From an uncultured Acetatifactor sp. (lineage in GTDB: Bacteria > Bacillota > Clostridia > Lachnospirales > Lachnospiraceae): a DNA stretch of 64,000 nt. Below the pieces are notes generated by a model, which worked only from the letters and a program-made list of their open reading frames with translations, was not told where the DNA came from and did not search any database. The translations under genes and the position numbers were made by a program. The stretch is from positions 1,782-65,781 of the forward strand of contig CAJUGT010000003.1 of the NCBI GenBank assembly GCA_910586435.1, given 5' to 3'. This document shows, piece by piece, positions 48,109-58,077 of the stretch (its first letter is position 1; each line of letters begins with the position of its first letter).

Positions 48109-49224
48109 TTAACGGGGATAATTTGCCACCAGACTTACAGGAAGAATCAAATAAATATAATTTTTATCCTCATTTTTAATAAAGCAGGGTGCCTTTGGAT
48201 TCACCATATAGAGATCCACTGTCTCGTCATCTATCACTCTCAGGGCATCTATGAGGAACTTGGGATTAAACCCAATCATCAAATCTTTTCCCTGTTTCTC
48301 AATATCAATGTCTTCTTTCATGCTGCCCAATGTGGAATCAATTTTAAGCTCCATTGTCCCGTCGGCAATATTGATGACAATGGGTTTTCTTTCCCCTTCT
48401 TTTGTGAGCAGCGTCGCTCTGTCAATACAATTCAGCAATTCTTTTTTATTGATTTTCACTTTTGTCTCATAATCACTGGAGAGCATTCTGTCGATATTGA
48501 AATATTCTCCTTCTATGAGTCTGGACACCACTACAGTATTATCAAATTCAAATACAATATGCTTTGGGGCAAAATAAATTGTTACAAAGCTGTCAGCATT
48601 TCCGGGAAGTATTTTACTTACTTCGTTTAAAGTCTTGCCTGGAACCACCACTTTTTTGGGGGAGTAACTTTGGCGAAGCTGAATATTGCGAATGGAAATG
48701 CGATGACCGTCAGAAGAAACCACACGCATTTCTTCCCCATTGATTTCAAATAATTCACCTGTCATCAATTTGTTATTCTCATTATCTGAAATTGAGAAAA
48801 TAGTCTGTCTGACAACTTCCTTTAACGTGAACTGACTGATGGAAATATGATCTTCTTTTTCCACCACAGGGAGATAGGAAAAATCTTCTCCGGATTTTCC
48901 GATAATTGTAAATTTGGCCTTTTCACATGTAATGGTTGTCTTATAGGAGGAATCTGTTTCTATTTTGATATCGCTGTCAGGCAGTCTTCTTACCATTTCA
49001 AGTAATATTTTGGCGTCAAGGGCAATGACACCCTTTTCAATGATATCTCCTTCTATGGTGGTTTCAATCCCCAGATCCATATCGTTGCCTGTAAGAGTTA
49101 TGACACCGTTGGCAGCGTCTATCAATATACATTCCAGTATTGACATCGTCGTCTTATTTGAGACAGCTTTGGAAACAATTTGTACTCCATTCAGCAGATT
49201 TGATTTGGAAACAACTAATTTCAT
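48109..49224 (-). CDS. dnaN: DNA polymerase III beta sliding clamp
   Basis: Position directly after dnaA, length ~371 aa, typical N-terminus MKLVVSKSNLLNGVQIVSKAV. Start trimmed to the MKL Met. Confidence 0.9.
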   Translation of the reverse strand: MKLVVSKSNLLNGVQIVSKAVSNKTTMSILECILIDAANGVITLTGNDMDLGIETTIEGDIIEKGVIALDAKILLEMVRRLPDSDIKIETDSSYKTTITCEKAKFTIIGKSGEDFSYLPVVEKEDHISISQFTLKEVVRQTIFSISDNENNKLMTGELFEINGEEMRVVSSDGHRISIRNIQLRQSYSPKKVVVPGKTLNEVSKILPGNADSFVTIYFAPKHIVFEFDNTVVVSRLIEGEYFNIDRMLSSDYETKVKINKKELLNCIDRATLLTKEGERKPIVINIADGTMELKIDSTLGSMKEDIDIEKQGKDLMIGFNPKFLIDALRVIDDETVDLYMVNPKAPCFIKNEDKNYIYLILPVSLVANYPR

Positions 49225-49520
49225 ATGCGCAGCGCCCTCCATGATATAATATAAAGAATTTAGTAGTAATCTTAGTAATGGCTGTTGATATGTGCAAAAC
49301 TATCTCCATTATACTATTTTTTGGGAAAAAAGGGAATGGAAAACTTGTTAATGTTTTCAGAATAACCTGAGAATAAATCTGAAGTTATTCACATTCTTTT
49401 TTCATACTGTTATCCTGCCCCGGAAAATAATATTGTTATCAACAGAGATATCAACATCCAAACCACAAAAACACAGCAGACATTTGTGTTATATTTCATA
49501 GAAATTATTAACAGCGTGAA

Positions 49521-49598
49521 TCTTTTAAGAGGGATTTATCTTTTAAGAAGGATATATCTTCTAAGAAGGGTTTATCTTCTAAGAAGGGTTTATCTTCT
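49521..49598. repeat. about 4.3 copies of an 18-bp tandem repeat straddling the dnaA stop codon
   Basis: Units TCTTYTAAGARGGDTWTA start at 49521, 49539, 49557 and 49575. Each contains the mini-palindrome CTTCT-A-AGAAG or a near variant. Confidence 0.85.
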
Positions 49599-50985
49599 TT
49601 ATGATAATGTCAACCTTACTTCTAAGTTCACTGTTGTTCTCAAGTTCAGCACTGATTTTATTGACACCATGGATAATTGTGGTGTGATCCTTCTTGCCGA
49701 GAAGTTTTCCTATATTTACATAAGATGTATCCGTAAGTTCACGGCATAAATACATAACAATCTGTCTGGGAAGAACAAATTCGGAATTTCTCTTTTTGGA
49801 TGTTATGTCTTCTGATTTTACACCAAAATGCTCAGATACCACATTGATAATCAGTGATGGAGTAATTTCTTTTGATTTGTTAGGGTAAATTACATCTTTC
49901 AAGGCCTCTTCCGCCACGGCAAGAGTAAGATCCACTTTATTCAGCTTTGCGGATGCTACAATTTTGTTAAAAGCTCCCTCCAGCTCCCGAATGTTGGATT
50001 TAATGTTGGTGGCAATATATTTAATGATTTCTTCGTCTATGGGCCTGCCGCAGGATTCTACATTTTTGCGCAAAATTGCCATTCTGGTTTCATAATCGGG
50101 AGGCTGAATGTCCGCAATCAGGCCCCATTCAAAACGGGATCTGAAACGTTCGTCCAGGGTTTCAATCTCTTTGGGAGGTTTGTCTGAAGACAGAATAATC
50201 TGTTTTCTGGCGGAATGAAGCACGTTAAACGTATGGAAAAATTCCTCCTGGGTACTTTCTTTTCCTATAATAAATTGAACATCGTCAACCATCAGCACAT
50301 CAACCGTCCTGTATTTTTCACGAAGCTTGGACATGGAGGCGGCGTTACCGTTTCGTATGGATTCGATTACCTCATTGGTGAATTCTTCACTGGTTACATA
50401 CAATACTTTTTTATCAGGATTGTGTTCCAGTATAAAGTGGCCTATGGAATGCATGAGGTGGGTTTTGCCAAGACCGGGGCCGCTGTACAGGTAGAGAGGA
50501 TTGTACACATGTCCGGGAGTCTCCGCCACGGCAAGGGAAGCCGAATGCGCGAACTTATTACTGCTTCCGACTACAAAGGTATCAAATTTATATTTGGGGT
50601 TTAAATTTGCGTTTTCATAATTCATATTGTAAGAAGCGGAAATGTTTTGATTGTCCTGTTCATTCTCCTGGGGAACAGCGTCACTTTCCAAAATGAATTT
50701 TACATCATAAAAATGGTTAAACATTTCCGCAATCGTAACCTGGAAAAAGTCGCTGTATTTTCCTGAAATATAATTCAGAGCATGGGACTTGTCCGACGGA
50801 ATTATTATTATGACTTCATTATTTACAATGGTATAGAATTCCAGGGGCGCAACCCATGTGTCAAAAGAAACCCTGGTCAGGCTGTATTCCTTACATATGG
50901 TTTCTTTGATAATGGACCAGTTTTCTCTGATATAATTGATTTCCGTATTCAAGTCAGTTTTCATAATGTGTTCTTTTCCATGCAT
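49579..50985 (-). CDS. dnaA: chromosomal replication initiator DnaA
   Basis: Walker A GPGLGKTHL, Walker B VLMVDDVQF, C-terminal DNA-binding HTTIIHGVNKI. The start is ambiguous (50985, 50964 or 51012). Confidence 0.95.
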   Translation of the reverse strand: MHGKEHIMKTDLNTEINYIRENWSIIKETICKEYSLTRVSFDTWVAPLEFYTIVNNEVIIIIPSDKSHALNYISGKYSDFFQVTIAEMFNHFYDVKFILESDAVPQENEQDNQNISASYNMNYENANLNPKYKFDTFVVGSSNKFAHSASLAVAETPGHVYNPLYLYSGPGLGKTHLMHSIGHFILEHNPDKKVLYVTSEEFTNEVIESIRNGNAASMSKLREKYRTVDVLMVDDVQFIIGKESTQEEFFHTFNVLHSARKQIILSSDKPPKEIETLDERFRSRFEWGLIADIQPPDYETRMAILRKNVESCGRPIDEEIIKYIATNIKSNIRELEGAFNKIVASAKLNKVDLTLAVAEEALKDVIYPNKSKEITPSLIINVVSEHFGVKSEDITSKKRNSEFVLPRQIVMYLCRELTDTSYVNIGKLLGKKDHTTIIHGVNKISAELENNSELRSKVDIIIKKINPS

Positions 50986-51169
50986 ATGATATTCCTTTAT
51001 TGCCGGGCGCATTGGCAGGGCTGTGGCTCTTTTGATGTAGTTTCCCTTTCGGTTCCAAAGCGGCTGAACATTCTTTGCTTTGGACGATATTTGTGGGGGG
51101 TCGTAATCCCGCCCTTCTATTGTAATATAGATTCCCTAATATTTCAAATATAAGTTTTGTTCATAAGGG

Positions 51170-51470
51170 GTATAATTTTATCCACATCATGTGGATAAAT
51201 ATGTTTATAAACAGGAGGTGTGAAAGAAATTGTGGATATAAATGTGAATATGTGGATAAGTGTCAAAATTGGACAAAGCTGTTATTCAGTGGGTTTTTAT
51301 AATTTCTTAATTTTTATTACACATATTATTCAAATTTTTGCGTAAATTATCCACAAGTAATCAACATCATGTGGATAACTAATTTCCACATTTTTTATGT
51401 GGATATCTATGTGAATATTGAGGAAAAAATTTTTTTGATTTTAAAAAATGAGGTTTTTAACGAATTTTTC
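51170..51470. other. oriC: DnaA-box cluster plus AT-rich tract
   Basis: Perfect TTATCCACA/TGTGGATAA boxes at 51178-86, 51190-98, 51251-59, 51347-55 and 51370-78. 8/9 boxes at 51231-39 and 51398-406. AT-rich stretch at 51424-51470. Confidence 0.9.
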
Positions 51471-51499
51471 TTGACATATGGCGAAATTTCTTATACAAT
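51471..51499 (+). promoter_or_regulatory. sigma-A-type promoter of rpmH
   Basis: TTGACA (51471-76), a 17-nt spacer, then TACAAT (51494-99), ~40 nt upstream of the rpmH RBS AGGAGG. Confidence 0.6.
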
Positions 51500-51541
51500 C
51501 AAAATGCTATTTTCCGAACAGAGAGAAGGAGGTGCTATATT

Positions 51542-51676
51542 ATGAAAATGACTTATCAGCCTAAAAAGCGTTCCCGTGCGAAAGTTCATGGCTTCAGAGC
51601 CAGAATGAGCACGAAAGGCGGAAGAAAGGTTTTGGCAGCAAGACGCGCAAAAGGAAGAAAGAGATTATCCGCGTAA
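51542..51676 (+). CDS. rpmH: 50S ribosomal protein L34
   Basis: Translates to [44 protein letters not shown]. Below the ORF-track length cutoff. AGGAGG RBS. Confidence 0.95.
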   Translation: MKMTYQPKKRSRAKVHGFRARMSTKGGRKVLAARRAKGRKRLSA

Positions 51677-51747
51677 AGCTGCGGCAATGTGACAGGTCAC
51701 AGAAATGTGGCCTTTTTGTATTATTGTACGTCAAATGGTTGACATTT

Positions 51748-52089
51748 ATGAAACATTTTGAGAGTTTGAAGAAAAATTACGAATTTCAATCTGTATATAG
51801 AAACGGCAAATCTTATGCAAATAAATATCTGGTAATGTATGTGAAGGAAAATGGCGCCGAAAAGAACAGGATTGGAATCAGTGTGAGCAAAAAGGTAGGC
51901 AACAGCGTTGTAAGGCATCGGATTACAAGGTTGGTGCGGGAGAGTTATCGGTTACATGAGGCAATGTTCAATAGTGGTTTGGACATAGTGATCGTTGCAA
52001 GGAAAAGTGCGGCCACAGCAGGGTATGATGAGATACGAAGTGGGCTGCTTCACCTTGGAAAGCTTCATCATGTGGTTGTTCCACAGTAA
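51748..52089 (+). CDS. rnpA: ribonuclease P protein component
   Basis: MKHFESLKKNYEFQSVYRNGKS...RIGISVSKKVGNSVVRHRITR is a typical RnpA pattern. Follows rpmH. Confidence 0.9.
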   Translation: MKHFESLKKNYEFQSVYRNGKSYANKYLVMYVKENGAEKNRIGISVSKKVGNSVVRHRITRLVRESYRLHEAMFNSGLDIVIVARKSAATAGYDEIRSGLLHLGKLHHVVVPQ

Positions 52090-52107
52090 GGAATAGTTCT
52101 ATTAGAT

Positions 52108-52317
52108 ATGAAAAAAATTTTGATTGCCGGTATCAGATTTTATCAGAGGCATTTATCTCGTTTCAAAAGTACAAGATGCCCCTATGTTCCATGTTGTTCT
52201 CAATATGGATTGGAGGCAATAGAAAAGTATGGTGCCTGTAAGGGAAGTCTCCTGGCTGTGTGGAGAATATTGCGCTGCAATCCTTTTTCAAAAGGAGGAT
52301 ATGATCCTGTTCCGTAA
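52108..52317 (+). CDS. yidD: membrane protein insertion efficiency factor YidD
   Basis: IRFYQRHLS...[19 protein letters not shown]...RILRCNPF. Confidence 0.9.
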   Translation: MKKILIAGIRFYQRHLSRFKSTRCPYVPCCSQYGLEAIEKYGACKGSLLAVWRILRCNPFSKGGYDPVP

Positions 52318-52428
52318 AGGGATAGGTTTCCTCCTTTTGTTTTATGGTACCGTCAATGAAAGTTTGTATGTTTTTAACGGCAAAGTACAGATTCTTCAAT
52401 GATGTGATTCGGCATAATCGGAGGGTAA

Positions 52429-53754
52429 ATGAACCTAATTTTATTAACTCAGAATACGACGCCTATTATAGGACAAATAGCGTGGCTTCTCGGCAAGATC
52501 ATGAATGGTATCTTCTATATCATTGATATGATAGGGATTCCTAATGTGGGCCTGGCTATTATTTTGTTTACGATTATTGTAAACCTTTTGATGCTGCCGC
52601 TGAATATTAAGCAGCAGAAATTCTCAAAGCTTTCTGCCAAGATGAGTCCTGAGATTCAGGCGGTTCAGCAGAAGTACAAAGGAAAAAATCAGGACCAGCA
52701 GGCAATGATGGCGCAGCAGCAGGAGATTAATGCCATTTACGCAAAATATGGAGTCTCACCCAGCGGCAGCTGTGTGCAGCTGTTAATTCAGATGCCGATT
52801 TTGTTTGCATTGTATCGTGTCATTTACGCCATGCCCGCTTATGTTACAAAAATAGGCGATACTTTCAGGGTTTTGGCGGACAAGATTATCTCTGTGGATG
52901 AAGGAGGTTTTCTCCGGGAGTCAGGCAGTGAAACCATATCCAATGTGGTTTCCATGTATGGAAAATCCATGACAGACGGAAATTTGTCGAATGGAATCAT
53001 TGATGTATTGAATAAGCTGTCTTCTCTGGATTTGGCTTTTATTGCGGATCATTATGATTTGTCCCAGCTTACGTATGAGGGGCAGCTGATATTGAGCAAT
53101 GAGACCACAAGAGGTCTCATAGATGTATATAATAATTTCCTTGGATTAAATATGGGAGATTCTCCGTCTGTTCTGGTACAGAGAGCGTGGTCTTTGGGGC
53201 AGTGGGGAATTTTGGTAGGAGCGATTCTGATTCCTGTACTATCCGCAGTGACCCAATGGATTAATGTGAAGCTCATGCCCCAGCAGCCTACAAACAATAA
53301 TGACCAGGCATCTTCCATGGCGGCTTCCATGAAAACCATGAATATGATTATGCCTTTGTTCTCTGCCTGGATTTGTTTTTCACTTCCTTCCGGTATGGGA
53401 TTATACTGGGTGGCGGGAAGCGTTGTAAGAAGTATTCAGCAGGTAGTAATTAACCGACATATTGATAAAATGGATTTTGAGGAGATTATTAAGAAAAATT
53501 CCGTCAAAAGCGCGAAAAAAATCCAGAAAATGAAAGAAACCCAGGAAAAAATGAATGCTTATGCCAATATGAATACAAAGAATATTCAGAAAAAAGCAAG
53601 CTTCTCATCCGGTATGTCAGAGCAGGAAAAGGAAAAAGCTTATAAGAATTCAACAGAAAAGGAAAGCGGAATCAAGGCCAAACCCGGAAGCATGATGGCA
53701 AAAGCAAATATGGTAAAAGAATATAATGAGAGAAATAACAGCAATAAGGGGTAA
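52429..53754 (+). CDS. yidC: YidC/Oxa1-family membrane insertase (long form with a basic C-terminal tail)
   Basis: Conserved position, GGAGGG RBS, LMLPLNIKQQKFSKLSAKMSPEIQAVQQKYKG and LPSGMGLYWV motifs. Confidence 0.9.
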   Translation: MNLILLTQNTTPIIGQIAWLLGKIMNGIFYIIDMIGIPNVGLAIILFTIIVNLLMLPLNIKQQKFSKLSAKMSPEIQAVQQKYKGKNQDQQAMMAQQQEINAIYAKYGVSPSGSCVQLLIQMPILFALYRVIYAMPAYVTKIGDTFRVLADKIISVDEGGFLRESGSETISNVVSMYGKSMTDGNLSNGIIDVLNKLSSLDLAFIADHYDLSQLTYEGQLILSNETTRGLIDVYNNFLGLNMGDSPSVLVQRAWSLGQWGILVGAILIPVLSAVTQWINVKLMPQQPTNNNDQASSMAASMKTMNMIMPLFSAWICFSLPSGMGLYWVAGSVVRSIQQVVINRHIDKMDFEEIIKKNSVKSAKKIQKMKETQEKMNAYANMNTKNIQKKASFSSGMSEQEKEKAYKNSTEKESGIKAKPGSMMAKANMVKEYNERNNSNKG

Positions 53755-53771
53755 GCAGGGAGGATTTGAAG

Positions 53772-54410
53772 ATGGGATCGGAATATATTGAAGTAACGGC
53801 TAAGACAGTAAACGAAGCAATTACGGAAGCGTGCCGGAAACTCAGTGTTACCAGCGATAAACTTGAGTATGAAGTGGTAGAGGAAGGTTCAGCCGGTTTC
53901 CTGGGTATTGGGGCGAAGCCTGCGATTATCAGAGCAGCGGTTAAATTTGAGAAAAAATCTGTGGATGAGGCGGCCAAAATCTTTTTAAATGATGTATTCT
54001 CCGCAATGAATATGAAAGTTACTGTTCATGTGAAATATGATGAAATTGAGAAGACTATGGATATTGATCTCACCGGTGAGGAAATGGGTGTATTAATCGG
54101 TAAAAGGGGACAGACGCTGGATTCGTTGCAGTATCTGGTTTCTTTGGTGGTAAATAAAGAGGTTGACGATTATATCAGAGTGAAAGTTGACACGGAAAAT
54201 TATCGTCAAAGACGAAAAGAAACGCTTGAGAATCTGGCGAAAAACATTGCTTATAAGGTTAAAAGAACAAAGCGCCCTGTCTCTCTTGAACCTATGAATC
54301 CTTATGAAAGAAGAATTATTCATTCGGCGCTGCAAAACGATAAATATATTACGACACATAGTGAAGGGGATGAACCTTTCAGAAGAGTGGTTGTCACTTT
54401 AAAGAGATAA
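53772..54410 (+). CDS. jag: Jag/KhpB (EloR) RNA-binding protein
   Basis: Jag_N, KH and R3H modules (LEPMNPYERRIIHSAL). Conserved position after yidC. Confidence 0.9.
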   Translation: MGSEYIEVTAKTVNEAITEACRKLSVTSDKLEYEVVEEGSAGFLGIGAKPAIIRAAVKFEKKSVDEAAKIFLNDVFSAMNMKVTVHVKYDEIEKTMDIDLTGEEMGVLIGKRGQTLDSLQYLVSLVVNKEVDDYIRVKVDTENYRQRRKETLENLAKNIAYKVKRTKRPVSLEPMNPYERRIIHSALQNDKYITTHSEGDEPFRRVVVTLKR

Positions 54411-54574
54411 GTGTGAAGGAAATCACTGAGCTCGCAAAAACCTCGCTAAGAGATTTCATACTCTGCGGGCAGAGATTCTTCACACATAAAGAACGCAAAA
54501 GCAGCGTTCTTCATGGATTGTTTGTGCCGCCAAAGCCGGCATGTCTGGAAATGTGAGGATAATGGAAATGGGAG

Positions 54575-54605
54575 AAACCGGATATAGTTTTATATCCGGT
54601 TTTTG
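54575..54605 (+). terminator. rho-independent terminator
   Basis: AAACCGGATATA-GTTT-TATATCCGGTTTTT. Confidence 0.8.
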
Positions 54606-54650
54606 TGGCTATGTGAAACCCAAAACGCAGCGGAAAGTGTGGGAGTGATT

Positions 54651-56060
54651 ATGGAGAACTATGATACAATTGCCGCCATTGCCACTGGAATGACGGATTC
54701 TGGAATTGGAATTATAAGGATCAGCGGAGAAAATGCGGTGACGGTTGGAAACCGCTTGTTCAGATCCCCTTCCGGTAAAAAGATATTGGACAGCGCGCAG
54801 AGTCATATGTTATATTATGGCTATGCCGTATGTGAAGAGTCAGATAAGATGATTGATGAGGTGATGGCAGTAGTTCTGAAGGCGCCAAGGAGCTATACCG
54901 GTGAGGATACGGTGGAAATTCAGTGCCATGGCGGTGTGCTGGTGATGCGCAGATTGCTTGATATTATATTAAAATATGGCGCCAGGCTTGCCATGCCGGG
55001 AGAATTTACCAAGAGAGCTTTTCTGCATGGAAGGATAGATTTATCAAAGGCGGAAGCTGTCATGGATCTCATTTCATCTCAGAATGAGGCCGCTTTGGCC
55101 GCGTCAGTGAATCAGCTTCGAGGAGCTCTTGCAGACAAAATAAAAAATTTACGGGAAGAGCTTATATATGAGATTGCTTTTATTGAATCCGCCCTGGACG
55201 ATCCGGAGCATATGGATTTAGAGGGGTATCCGGAAAAATTACTGGCAAAGATAATGATATTATCAAATGATATAAGCGGATTGATTGCAGGAGCAGAGGA
55301 TGGAAGGCTGATAAAGGAAGGCATCAATACGGTGATTGTAGGGAAGCCCAATGTGGGCAAGTCATCTTTTTTGAATTGTCTCCTGGGAGAGGATAGGGCT
55401 ATTGTGACGGAGATAGCCGGAACCACAAGGGATATTTTACAGGATACGGTAAGGATTGGATCTATCAGTCTTAATATAGTGGATACGGCGGGAATTCGGG
55501 AAACGGCAGACAGGGTGGAAAAAATCGGAGTGGAAAAAGCAAGAAAATACGCTAAAAACGCCGATTTGATAGTGTATGTGGTGGATGCTTCCGTGGCTTT
55601 GGACAATGATGACAAGGAAATTGTGTCGCTGATTAAGAATCAGAATATAATTGTGCTGATGAATAAAAATGACTTGGTAAGTACAGTCACGGAAGAGGAT
55701 ATTAGACTCTTGTTTCAGGACAGGACAGAGGAAAAAAGGCCGCCGGTGATATTAAAAATATCCGCTGCGCTTTGTGAGGGAATGGCAGAATTTGAAGAGG
55801 CGGTAAAGGAATTATTTTTTCATGGAGAAATAGCAAGCGGCAATGAGGTTGTGATTACTAATCTAAGGCATAAGGAAGCGTTGCAGGAAAGTTTGGACGC
55901 CCTGATGCTTGTGAGAAAAAGTATTGAAGAAGGTATGCCGGAAGATTTTTATTCCATTGATTTGATGAATGCTTATACCGCTTTGGGTAGAATCATTGGC
56001 GAAGCTGTGGAAGATGATCTTGTGGAGGAGATTTTCTCAAAATTCTGTATGGGAAAATGA
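54651..56060 (+). CDS. mnmE: tRNA modification GTPase MnmE
   Basis: N-terminus DTIAAIAT, G1 GKPNVGKSS, G3 DTAG, C-terminal FCMGK. Start after GGGAG. Confidence 0.95.
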   Translation: MENYDTIAAIATGMTDSGIGIIRISGENAVTVGNRLFRSPSGKKILDSAQSHMLYYGYAVCEESDKMIDEVMAVVLKAPRSYTGEDTVEIQCHGGVLVMRRLLDIILKYGARLAMPGEFTKRAFLHGRIDLSKAEAVMDLISSQNEAALAASVNQLRGALADKIKNLREELIYEIAFIESALDDPEHMDLEGYPEKLLAKIMILSNDISGLIAGAEDGRLIKEGINTVIVGKPNVGKSSFLNCLLGEDRAIVTEIAGTTRDILQDTVRIGSISLNIVDTAGIRETADRVEKIGVEKARKYAKNADLIVYVVDASVALDNDDKEIVSLIKNQNIIVLMNKNDLVSTVTEEDIRLLFQDRTEEKRPPVILKISAALCEGMAEFEEAVKELFFHGEIASGNEVVITNLRHKEALQESLDALMLVRKSIEEGMPEDFYSIDLMNAYTALGRIIGEAVEDDLVEEIFSKFCMGK

Positions 56061-56132
56061 TGTGGCATACAATTGTGGATAACAGAAAATATTTACTGGA
56101 ATACAAAATGGATGCCCAAAGCGGGCAGGGGT

Positions 56133-58073
56133 ATGGATATGGAAAAGGTAGATGTTTGTATCGTGGGCGCAGGTCATGCGGGATGTGAAGCAGCTTTGGC
56201 ATGTGCCAGATTGGGGATGGAGACGGTAATATTTACGGTAAGTGTGGACAGCATTGCTCTCATGCCCTGTAATCCGAATATTGGAGGTTCTTCCAAAGGA
56301 CATTTGGTCAGGGAACTGGATGCCCTTGGAGGGGAGATGGGTAAAAATATTGATAAAACATTTCTTCAGTCCAAGATGCTGAATGTTTCCAAAGGTCCGG
56401 CCGTTCATTCTCTTCGCGCGCAGGCGGACAAGTCCGAATACTCCAGGGCAATGAGGAAGGTTCTGGAGGGGCAGGAACATATAACCATTAAACAGGCTGA
56501 GGTTTGTGAACTTTTATGGGAAGAAGTATCCCATAATGATTCCCGGAAACCAAGCGGCATAAATGCTGAAAAAGGGAACAGGAAAAAGATAAAGGGTGTC
56601 AGGACTTACACGGGGATGGTCTATGAGTGCCATGCCGTGGTTTTGTGTACGGGTACTTATCTTGGGGCAAGATGCCTGTGTGGTGAGTCAATCACTTATA
56701 CGGGTCCCAATGGGTTGCAGGCGGCGACGCATCTGACACAGTCTCTGAAGGATATGGGGATTGAGCTTCGGCGTTTTAAGACGGGCACACCTGCCAGGAT
56801 GGATGGGAGAAGTATTGATTATACAAAGATGGAAGAACAATTTGGAGATAAGAGGGTGGTGCCCTTTTCCTTCTCCACGGCTCCGGAATCGGTTCAGAAA
56901 GAGCAGGTATCCTGCTGGCTGACCTATACAAATGAGGAAACCCATGAGATTATTCGTAGTAATCTGGACAGATCACCTATCTATGCGGGAATTATAGAGG
57001 GTACGGGCCCAAGATACTGTCCGTCCATAGAAGATAAGGTGGTAAAATTTGCCGATAAGAACAGACACCAGGTATTTATAGAACCGGAAGGGATGCATAC
57101 AAATGAAATGTATGTTGGGGGCATGTCTTCTTCTTTGCCGGAAGATGTACAGTTGGCCATGTATCGCACGGTTCCGGGACTGGAACATTGTAAAATTGTG
57201 AGAAATGCCTATGCGATTGAGTATGACTGTATTGATGCCAGACAGTTAAAGACAACTCTTGAATTCAAGGATATAGAGGGATTATTCAGCGGAGGACAGT
57301 TAAACGGGAGCAGCGGATATGAGGAAGCGGCCTGTCAGGGGTTGGTTGCAGGTGTCAATGCGTCCATGTACATACTGGGCAGAGAACCTTTGACAATTGA
57401 CCGGTCTGAAGGTTATATAGGAGTTTTAATTGATGATTTGGTTACAAAGGATAACAGGGAGCCTTATCGTATGATGACTTCCCGTGCGGAATATAGACTG
57501 CTTCTGAGACAGGATAATGCTGATTTGCGTCTTCGGAAAAAGGGATATGAAATCGGTTTGATTTCCAGACAGGAATATGAGGCGTTACTGGAAAAAGAAA
57601 AGATGATAAAGGAGGAAATCAAACGACTGAAAGATACTTCGGTTGGCGCAAGAAAAGACATTCAGGAGTTTCTTCAGGCACATGGCAGTTCCGAATTGAA
57701 AACATCCGCAAGTCTTGCGGAATTAGTATGTCGTCCTGAACTTTCGTATGAAATCATAGGAGAGATAGATCAGAACAGAAAGCAATTGCCTGAAACGGTA
57801 AAAGAACAGGTGGAAATTGAAATCAAATATGAAGGGTATATTGAAAGACAGACCCGTCAGGTTGAGCAGCATAGGAAAATGGAAAGAAAACTCATACCGG
57901 AATACATTGATTATGATAAAATTTCCTCCCTCAGACTGGAAGCCCGGCAAAAACTAAAACTGTATCGTCCCGTCTCCATTGGACAGGCTGCCAGGATTTC
58001 TGGAGTGTCTCCTGCGGATATTTCTGTTCTGCTGGTATACTTAGAACATAGTTTTTATTTGAAGAATGAATAA
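56133..58073 (+). CDS. mnmG: tRNA uridine 5-carboxymethylaminomethyl modification enzyme MnmG
   Basis: FAD motif [13 protein letters not shown], plus [13 protein letters not shown]. The start is ambiguous between 56133 and 56139. Confidence 0.95.
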   Translation: MDMEKVDVCIVGAGHAGCEAALACARLGMETVIFTVSVDSIALMPCNPNIGGSSKGHLVRELDALGGEMGKNIDKTFLQSKMLNVSKGPAVHSLRAQADKSEYSRAMRKVLEGQEHITIKQAEVCELLWEEVSHNDSRKPSGINAEKGNRKKIKGVRTYTGMVYECHAVVLCTGTYLGARCLCGESITYTGPNGLQAATHLTQSLKDMGIELRRFKTGTPARMDGRSIDYTKMEEQFGDKRVVPFSFSTAPESVQKEQVSCWLTYTNEETHEIIRSNLDRSPIYAGIIEGTGPRYCPSIEDKVVKFADKNRHQVFIEPEGMHTNEMYVGGMSSSLPEDVQLAMYRTVPGLEHCKIVRNAYAIEYDCIDARQLKTTLEFKDIEGLFSGGQLNGSSGYEEAACQGLVAGVNASMYILGREPLTIDRSEGYIGVLIDDLVTKDNREPYRMMTSRAEYRLLLRQDNADLRLRKKGYEIGLISRQEYEALLEKEKMIKEEIKRLKDTSVGARKDIQEFLQAHGSSELKTSASLAELVCRPELSYEIIGEIDQNRKQLPETVKEQVEIEIKYEGYIERQTRQVEQHRKMERKLIPEYIDYDKISSLRLEARQKLKLYRPVSIGQAARISGVSPADISVLLVYLEHSFYLKNE

Positions 58074-58077
58074 ACAT

